Positions 7,464 to 13,925 of a stretch of 15,429 nucleotides of DNA are shown here, piece by piece. Position 1 is the stretch's first letter. Each line of letters opens with the position of its first letter. This DNA is from Chthoniobacteraceae bacterium (GTDB lineage Bacteria > Verrucomicrobiota > Verrucomicrobiia > Chthoniobacterales > Chthoniobacteraceae). A program made the translations under genes and the position numbers. The notes below the pieces were generated by a model. It did not search any database, was not told where the DNA came from, and worked only from the letters and a program-made list of their open reading frames with translations. The stretch is from contig JBEBGD010000124.1 of assembly GCA_040081625.1 (NCBI GenBank), positions 1 through 15,429 of the forward strand, in the 5' to 3' direction.

Positions 7464-9673
7464 GCACGACCGCCCCCGCCGATCTCAGCAGCATGTCGCT
7501 GGTGGATCTCTTCCGCATCGAAGCCGAGGCGCAGACGCAAACCCTGACCACCGGCCTCCTCGCGCTCGAGCGCAACGAAGCCGCGCCGAGCCAGCTCGAG
7601 TCGCTCATGCGCGCCGCGCATTCGCTCAAGGGCGCAGCGCGCATCGTCGGGCTCGATGTCGCCGTGAAGGTCGCGCACGCGATGGAAGACATTTTCGTCG
7701 CCGCGCAGAAAGGCACGCTCGTGCTCGGCCAGTCGCGGGTCGATGTGCTGCTCAGCGGCGTCGATCTCATCTCGCGCATCTCACAGACGCCCGAGGCGGA
7801 GATCGGCAAATGGGACGACGCCGTCGAGATCGAGGCCTTCCTCGCGAAGCTCGCCGCCGCGCCCGCCGATTCCGATGCGGCGCAGCCAGTCGCCGTTTCC
7901 GCGCACCAGGCCGATGCCGCGGCGCCGACAGTCGATCGCGTGCTGCGCGTCACCGCCGATCACCTCAACCGCCTGCTCGGCCTCGCCGGCGAATCGCTCG
8001 TCGAAGCTCGCTGGCTCGATCCCTTTTCCCGCCAGCTCCTGCGGCTCAAGCGTATGCAGCAGGATCTCGGCAAATCGCTCGAGGCGCTCCACGAATCGGT
8101 CCTCAGCCAGCCGCTGAACGAGCACGCGCGGATCTGCCTCGCCACACTCGACGGCAAAGCCGCCGAGTGCCGGCAATTCCTCGGCGCGCGGCTCGTCGAA
8201 CTGGAGATGTTCGACCGCCGCTCGGGCAATCTTTCCCACCGCCTCTACGACGAGGCCCTCGCGCTGCGGATGCGCCCCTTTTCAGATCGCGCGCTCACCT
8301 TCCCGCGCATGGTCCGCGATGTCGCGCGCACGCTCGGCAAGGAAGCCCGGCTCGAGATCGTCGGCGAGCACACGCAGGTCGATCGTGACCTGCTCGAGAA
8401 GCTCGACGCACCGCTCACTCACCTGCTGCGCAACGCCGTCGATCACGGCATCGAATTCCCCGACGCGCGCGTCGCCGCCGGCAAGCCGCGCGAAGGCACC
8501 ATCACCCTCGAAGCCCGGCACAGCGCAGGGATGCTCGTCATCACCGTGCGCGACGACGGCGCCGGGATCGATGTCGAGTCCGTCCGCCGCGCCGTCGTCG
8601 CCAAGGCGCTCACCAACGCCGACACCGCCGCGAAAATGAGCGACGCTGAGCTGCTCGAGTTCCTCTTCCTGCCGGGCTTCACGATGAAGGAAGCCGTCAC
8701 CGAAATCTCCGGCCGCGGCGTCGGGCTCGACGTGGTGCAGGACACGATGAAGCAGGTCCGTGGCACCTTTCGCACGTCGTCCGAGCACGGCAAAGGCACG
8801 ACGATCCAGCTCCAGCTCCCGCTCACTCTCTCGGTCCTGCGCGCGCTCGTCGTCGAGATCGCGGGCGAGCCTTACGGTGTGCCGCTCGCCGCCATCACCC
8901 GCACGCTCCGCCTCTCAAAGGACAGCATCGAGTCGCTTGAGGGTCGCCAGCATTTCGCCTTCGACGACCAGCGCGTCGGCCTCGTCACCGCGCACCAGAT
9001 TTTTGACAACGCCGAGTCCACCGTCGGTGGAGACGAGCTTGACGTCGTCATCATCGGCGAGCGTGGAAATCGTTATGGGCTCGTCGTCGATCGCTTCCTC
9101 GGCGAGCGCGAACTCGTCGTGCAGCCGCTCGACCCGCGGCTCGGGAAGATCAAGGACATCAGCGCCGGCGCGCTCACCGACGACGGCGCGCCGCTGCTCA
9201 TCGTCGATGTGGATGACCTGCTCCGCTCCGTCGAGTGGCTCAGCGCCGCCGGCCGCCTCACCGCGGTGCAGCGCAGCAGCGCCGCCGCCGGCGCGCACCG
9301 CCGCAAGCGCGTGCTCGTCGTCGATGATTCGCTCACCGTCCGCGAGCTCGAGCGCAAGCTGCTCGAGGCGCGCGGCTACGAAGTCGAGATCGCCGTCGAT
9401 GGCATGGACGGCTGGAACGCACTGCGCACCGGCGATCACGACCTCGTCATCACCGACGTGGACATGCCGCGCCTCGACGGCATCGAACTCGTCTCGCTCA
9501 TCCGCAAGGACCCCAATCTCAAATCAAAGCCCGTGATGATCGTCTCCTACAAGGACCGCGAGGAGGATCGCGCGCGCGGCCTCGAGGCCGGCGCGGACTT
9601 CTACCTCACCAAGGGCAGCTTCCACGACGAGAGCCTCATCTCCTCCGTCTCAGACCTCATCGGCGAACCATGA
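7460..9673 (+). CDS. wspE: Hybrid CheA-like histidine kinase / receiver (WspE)
   Basis: ATG 7460, 737 aa. HPt MRAAHSLKGAARIVG, dimerisation VLRVTADHLNRLLGLAGE, HATPase HLLRNAVDHGIE, DDGAG and SGRGVGLDVV, a CheW domain, and a C-terminal receiver VLVVDDSLTVRE...TDVDMP...SYKDREED...YLTKGSFHD. Confidence 0.95.
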   Translation: MSTTAPADLSSMSLVDLFRIEAEAQTQTLTTGLLALERNEAAPSQLESLMRAAHSLKGAARIVGLDVAVKVAHAMEDIFVAAQKGTLVLGQSRVDVLLSGVDLISRISQTPEAEIGKWDDAVEIEAFLAKLAAAPADSDAAQPVAVSAHQADAAAPTVDRVLRVTADHLNRLLGLAGESLVEARWLDPFSRQLLRLKRMQQDLGKSLEALHESVLSQPLNEHARICLATLDGKAAECRQFLGARLVELEMFDRRSGNLSHRLYDEALALRMRPFSDRALTFPRMVRDVARTLGKEARLEIVGEHTQVDRDLLEKLDAPLTHLLRNAVDHGIEFPDARVAAGKPREGTITLEARHSAGMLVITVRDDGAGIDVESVRRAVVAKALTNADTAAKMSDAELLEFLFLPGFTMKEAVTEISGRGVGLDVVQDTMKQVRGTFRTSSEHGKGTTIQLQLPLTLSVLRALVVEIAGEPYGVPLAAITRTLRLSKDSIESLEGRQHFAFDDQRVGLVTAHQIFDNAESTVGGDELDVVIIGERGNRYGLVVDRFLGERELVVQPLDPRLGKIKDISAGALTDDGAPLLIVDVDDLLRSVEWLSAAGRLTAVQRSSAAAGAHRRKRVLVVDDSLTVRELERKLLEARGYEVEIAVDGMDGWNALRTGDHDLVITDVDMPRLDGIELVSLIRKDPNLKSKPVMIVSYKDREEDRARGLEAGADFYLTKGSFHDESLISSVSDLIGEP

Positions 9674-10677
9674 AAATCGGAATCGTAAACGACATGCCCA
9701 TGGCCGTGGAGATCATGCGCCGCGCGATCGTCTCCACTTCCAAGCACACCGTCGCGTGGACCGCCCGCGACGGCGCCGAGGCCGTCGCGCGCTGCGGTGC
9801 CGACACGCCGGACCTCGTGCTCATGGACCTCATCATGCCCGGTATGGACGGCGTCGAAGCGACGCGCCGAATCATGACGGAGAGCCCGTGCGCAGTCCTT
9901 GTCGTCACCGCCACGGTCGAGGGAAACGCGGCAAAAGTTTTTGAAGCGATGGGCGCCGGCGCGCTCGACGTCGTGCAGACGCCGACCCTCGGTGGAAATG
10001 GCGGCGCGCAGGGCAGTGCGGGTTTCCTCTACAAGATCGACGCGACCGCGAAACTCATCGGCGACGAACCAGACCCCGAGCCGGAGTTCCGGGAAAAGGC
10101 GCGCACCTTGATCGCGATCGGCTCCTCCGCGGGCGGACCGGCGGCGCTCGTGAAACTGCTCGCCGACCTGCCCGCCGACCTGCCTGCCGCAGTCGTCATC
10201 GTGCAGCACGTCGATGCGCAGTTTGCGCCCGGCCTCGCAAATTGGCTGAGCGAAGTCTCGAAGCTGCCCGTGCGCCTCGCCGTTGAGGGCGAGACGATCG
10301 ACCAGGGCATCGTGCTGGTGGCGGGGACGAACGACCACCTCGTCGTCCTCCCCGGCGGACGCCTCGGCTACACGCCCGAGCCCGTGAATTACTCGTATCG
10401 CCCATCGGTGAATGCGTTCTTCGAGAGCGTGAATCGCTACTGGCGCGGCGACGTGATCGGCGTGCTCCTCACAGGCATGGGCCGCGACGGCGCGATCGGC
10501 CTCAAGCATCTGCGCGACGCCGGCCATCACACCATCGGCCAAGATCGCGAGAGTTGCGCAGTCTATGGAATGCCCAAGGCCGCCGCCGAGATCGGCGCGG
10601 TCGCGGAAGTGCTGCCGCTCGAACAAATCGCAGGCGCGCTCGCCCGGCGAATCAAAGCCTCACCCACCGCCTCATGA
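9670..10677 (+). CDS. wspF: CheB-type receiver-methylesterase (WspF)
   Basis: 335 aa. WspF-type receiver MKIGIVNDMPMA...LMDLIMP and catalytic motifs IGSSAGGP, VQHVD, YRPSV, LLTGMGRDGA and VYGMPKAA. Confidence 0.95.
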   Translation: MKIGIVNDMPMAVEIMRRAIVSTSKHTVAWTARDGAEAVARCGADTPDLVLMDLIMPGMDGVEATRRIMTESPCAVLVVTATVEGNAAKVFEAMGAGALDVVQTPTLGGNGGAQGSAGFLYKIDATAKLIGDEPDPEPEFREKARTLIAIGSSAGGPAALVKLLADLPADLPAAVVIVQHVDAQFAPGLANWLSEVSKLPVRLAVEGETIDQGIVLVAGTNDHLVVLPGGRLGYTPEPVNYSYRPSVNAFFESVNRYWRGDVIGVLLTGMGRDGAIGLKHLRDAGHHTIGQDRESCAVYGMPKAAAEIGAVAEVLPLEQIAGALARRIKASPTAS

Positions 10678-11453
10678 TCTCGATGCATCCTCCGCTCAAT
10701 CCCGACGGCACACAGGTCACGGATCGACCGATCATCCTGCTCGTCGATGACCAGGCCTTCGTCGGCGAAGCGATCCGCCGCTTCCTCGCCAGCGAACCGG
10801 ACCTCGTCCTCCACTACTGCGCCGACCCGAATGAAGCCATCGACATCGCCAACCGCCTCCGCCCTGCCGTCATACTCCAGGACCTCGTGATGCCCGGCGT
10901 GGACGGCCTCTCAGTCGTCAGCCGCTTCCGCGCGAATCCCACGACGAAGAACACGCCGATCGTCGTCCTCTCGTCGAAGGAAGACCCCGAGACCAAGAGC
11001 CTCGCCTTCTCGATCGGCGCAAACGACTACCTCGTGAAACTGCCCGAGCGGCTCGAACTCGTCGCCCGCGTCCGCTACCACGCCAACGCCTACCGCGGCC
11101 AGCTCCAGCGCGACGAAGCCTTCCGCGCCCTGCGCGAAAGCCAGCAGCAACTCCTCGAGAGCAACACCGCGCTGCTCGCGACCAACCAGATGCTCGGCGA
11201 AGCGCTCTCGCAGGTGAAGCAACTGCGCGGCCTGCTCCCGATCTGCTGCTACTGCAAACGCGTCCGCAACGACGGCGACTATTGGAAACAGATCGACGAA
11301 TACCTCTCCGAAAGCTCCGACCTGCGCCTCAGCCACGGCGTCTGCGACGACTGCGAGAAGGAGCAGATCGAGACCCTGCAGCGCGACCTCGCTCACCAGG
11401 GCAACGAGCCGCCACCGCCCGACCGCACCGGCTTCCGCATCACGCCCGAGTGA
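10674..11453 (+). CDS. WspR-like response regulator lacking GGDEF: receiver + coiled coil + C-terminal Cys/His-rich (putative Zn-binding) domain
   Basis: ATG 10674 (ATGA overlap; alternative ATG 10683), 259 aa. ILLVDDQ, VILQDLVMPGVDGL, IVVLSSKE, GANDYLVKLP and QRDEAFRALRESQQQLLESN match the WspR receiver and stalk as I recall them. These are followed by LRGLLPICCYCKRVRNDGDYWKQIDEYLSESSDLRLSHGVCDDC. No DxLTG or GG(D/E)EF motif. Confidence 0.9.
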   Translation: MISMHPPLNPDGTQVTDRPIILLVDDQAFVGEAIRRFLASEPDLVLHYCADPNEAIDIANRLRPAVILQDLVMPGVDGLSVVSRFRANPTTKNTPIVVLSSKEDPETKSLAFSIGANDYLVKLPERLELVARVRYHANAYRGQLQRDEAFRALRESQQQLLESNTALLATNQMLGEALSQVKQLRGLLPICCYCKRVRNDGDYWKQIDEYLSESSDLRLSHGVCDDCEKEQIETLQRDLAHQGNEPPPPDRTGFRITPE

Positions 11454-13107
11454 GCAGCGTCCGCGCGTGGGCGAGGGCGCTGTCGGTCTTGCCGCCGAGC
11501 ATCCGGGCGATTTCCTCGATGCGCGCCTTGCCTTCGACGAGCATGAGGCTGGAAACCGTGCGCTGGTTCACGAATTCCTTCGTCACGACAAACTGCGCGT
11601 CCGCTGCGGCGGCGACCTGCGGGAGGTGCGTGATGGTGAGAACTTGGTGACGGTCGGCGAGCGACGCGAGTTTCGCGCCGACGGCGTGCGCGATCTCGCC
11701 GCCGACGTTCGCGTCGATCTCGTCGAACACGAGCAGCGCGATGGTGTCCTGCGCGGCGAGCGTGGTCTTCACGGCGAGCATCACGCGCGAAATTTCGCCG
11801 CTCGATGCGATGGCCTTGAGCGGCTTCGCGGGCTCGCCGGGATTCGGCGCGAAAAGGAACTCGCAGCTCTCGCAGCCATGCGGGCCGGGCGCGGCGAGCG
11901 CGGTGAGCTGGACTGAAAACTCGCTGCGCTGGAAGCCGAGGTCGCGCAGGTGGCTGGTCACACTCGCGGCGAGCTTCGGCGCGCCGGTCTTGCGTTTCGC
12001 GCCGAGCTTGCCGGAGAGGTCGGTGAGCGTCTTGCGCCCGGCGGCGATCTCGCGGTCGAGGCGCGCGAGTTCTTCGCCGCGGCTCTCGATCTTGCCGAGG
12101 CGCGCGGCGGCTTGCGCGTGGAAGTCGAGCACGGCGGCGAGCGTTGCGCCGTATTTGCGCTTGAGCGTCTCGAAGACCGACACGCGCTCCTCGAGCGTCG
12201 CGAGTTCGCCGGGTTCGAGGTCGAGGTCGTCGGCGTAGCGCTGGAGGCTGGACGCGAGGTCGTCGAGCTCTGCGAGGCCGCGCGTGAGCGAGTCGGAGAA
12301 GCGCGACGCGGCAGGATCGACGCGCTCGAGGTCGCGCAGCAACCGGCCGATCTCGCCGAGGCGCGGGAGCGCCGCGTCGTCGGCATCGGACAAGCGCCCG
12401 AGCGCGGCGCTGGAGAGTTCGAGCAGTCGGCGCGCATTCGAGGCGACGGCGTAGCGCGCGCTCACTTCCTCCTCCTCCTCGACGCGAAGCTGCGCGGCTT
12501 CGATCTCGCGGACCTGGTGCCGGAGCAGGTCGAGTTCGCGTTCGAGCGAGGCCTCGTTCGAGGCGAGTTCGTCGCGCTCGGCGGTGAGTTGATTCAGCCC
12601 GCGCCACGCCGCGGTGTAGTCGGCGACGAGCTTTTCCGCGCTGGCGTAAGCGTCGAGCAGCGCGAGCTGTTTCTCGACCGAGAGCAGCGACTGGTGATCG
12701 TGCGGGCCGTGCAGATCGACGAGGCCGTCGCCGAGTTCCTTGAGCACGGCGAGTGTCGTCGCGCTGCCGTTGATGAACTGCCGGTTCGCGCCCGCGGCGG
12801 TGAAGACGCGCTTGAGCAGGAGCTGTCCGTCTTCGCACGGCTCGACGCCTTGCTCTTCGAGCACCGCGTTCAGCGCGCGCGTGTCCTTCACGACAAAGAC
12901 TGCCTCGACCGTGCAACTCTCCGCGCCGGTCCGGATCAGCGTCTTGTCCGCGCGCTCGCCGAGCACGAGCTTGAGCGCGCCGACGATGATCGACTTGCCC
13001 GAGCCGGTCTCGCCGGTGATGGCCGTCGAGCCGGGCGCGAGCGTCCATTCGAGCTCTTCGACGAGCGCGAGATTGCGGATGCGCAGGGATGAAAGGGTTG
13101 CGGGCAC
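11440..13107 (-). CDS. recN: DNA repair protein RecN
   Basis: 555 aa. LRIRNLALVE, Walker A TGETGSGKS, FING, DLHGPHDHQ, coiled coil, NPGEP.KPL..IASSGEISR, Walker B VFDEIDANVGG, ITHLPQVAA and RIEEIARMLGG. Confidence 0.96.
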   Translation of the reverse strand: MPATLSSLRIRNLALVEELEWTLAPGSTAITGETGSGKSIIVGALKLVLGERADKTLIRTGAESCTVEAVFVVKDTRALNAVLEEQGVEPCEDGQLLLKRVFTAAGANRQFINGSATTLAVLKELGDGLVDLHGPHDHQSLLSVEKQLALLDAYASAEKLVADYTAAWRGLNQLTAERDELASNEASLERELDLLRHQVREIEAAQLRVEEEEEVSARYAVASNARRLLELSSAALGRLSDADDAALPRLGEIGRLLRDLERVDPAASRFSDSLTRGLAELDDLASSLQRYADDLDLEPGELATLEERVSVFETLKRKYGATLAAVLDFHAQAAARLGKIESRGEELARLDREIAAGRKTLTDLSGKLGAKRKTGAPKLAASVTSHLRDLGFQRSEFSVQLTALAAPGPHGCESCEFLFAPNPGEPAKPLKAIASSGEISRVMLAVKTTLAAQDTIALLVFDEIDANVGGEIAHAVGAKLASLADRHQVLTITHLPQVAAAADAQFVVTKEFVNQRTVSSLMLVEGKARIEEIARMLGGKTDSALAHARTLLTRA

Positions 13108-13114
13108 GGCGCGG

Positions 13115-13142
13115 AGTATGGAAGCCTCGCGCCGGCTTTCAA
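13115..13142 (-). promoter_or_regulatory. Putative sigma70-type promoter for recN (possible leaderless transcript)
   Basis: The minus strand reads TTGAAA (13142-13137), 16 nt, CATACT (13120-13115), 7 nt, then the GTG start (13107). No Shine-Dalgarno precedes the GTG. Confidence 0.5.
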
Positions 13143-13145
13143 CAC

Positions 13146-13925
13146 ATGGGCGACCTTACGATCAAGTTCCTAGGCACCGGCACTTCCCAAGGTGTCCCCG
13201 TGATCGCGTGCGACTGCGCGACGTGCCGCTCGGCCGATCCACGCGATTCGCGCACGCGCTCGTCGATCTACGTCGAGACGCCCGAGTGCGCGTTCGTCGT
13301 CGATACCGGGCCGGACTTCCGCGTGCAGTGCCTGCGGGAAAAGGTGCGCCGGATGGATGCGGTGGTCTTCACGCACGCGCACACCGATCACATCATGGGT
13401 TTCGACGACCTGCGGCCGTTCTTCTGGCACCGGCGCCCGCTGCCCGTCTATGCGTCGGCGGAGACGATGGACGACCTGCGGCGCGTGTTCGTGTTCGCGT
13501 TCAACGGCGAGAACCAATTCCCCGGCTACCTCCACCCCGAGCCGCACGTCGTCGCGGAGCCGTTCCTGCTCGGCGAAACGGAACTCACGCCGCTGCCCGT
13601 CCCGCACGGTCGCGCGACGGTCTTCGGCTACCTCCTCACGCGGCGCGGCGTGCGGCTCGCGGCGTATCTCAGCGATTGCAAAGCTGTGCCCGAGCCGGTG
13701 ATTGAACGCATCCGCGGCGTGCGGCATCTGATCGTGGATGCGCTCCGCCACAAGCCGCACCCCACGCACATGAACATCGACGAAGCGCTCGCCGTGGTCG
13801 CGCAAGTGCAGCCCATGCACGCGTGGTTTACGCATCTCTGCCACGAAGTGAAGCACGCGGATGTCGAGCCAACGCTGCCGCCGGGCGTGCGCATCGCCTT
13901 CGACGGATTGAAGCTCACGCCATGA
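13146..13925 (+). CDS. PhnP-like metallo-beta-lactamase-fold hydrolase (phosphodiesterase family)
   Basis: ATG 13146, 259 aa. FLGTGTSQGVP, CDCATC (structural Zn site), DTGPDFR, THAHTDH (HxHxDH), VPHG, AYLSD, HPTH, FTHLCH and AFDGL. Confidence 0.88.
   Translation: MGDLTIKFLGTGTSQGVPVIACDCATCRSADPRDSRTRSSIYVETPECAFVVDTGPDFRVQCLREKVRRMDAVVFTHAHTDHIMGFDDLRPFFWHRRPLPVYASAETMDDLRRVFVFAFNGENQFPGYLHPEPHVVAEPFLLGETELTPLPVPHGRATVFGYLLTRRGVRLAAYLSDCKAVPEPVIERIRGVRHLIVDALRHKPHPTHMNIDEALAVVAQVQPMHAWFTHLCHEVKHADVEPTLPPGVRIAFDGLKLTP

Noticed and set aside
11160..11453. Possibility that wspR is a frameshifted or truncated GGDEF pseudogene
   Set aside because: The frame continues into a complete, recognisable Cys/His domain. 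recN follows immediately, leaving no room for a GGDEF domain, and I saw no GGDEF-like remnant.
11393..13092. Alternative-frame and antisense ORFs over recN (551 aa, 380 aa), and similar ones over wspA
   Set aside because: Expected stop-codon scarcity in GC-rich coding DNA. They show no motifs and overlap well-supported genes.
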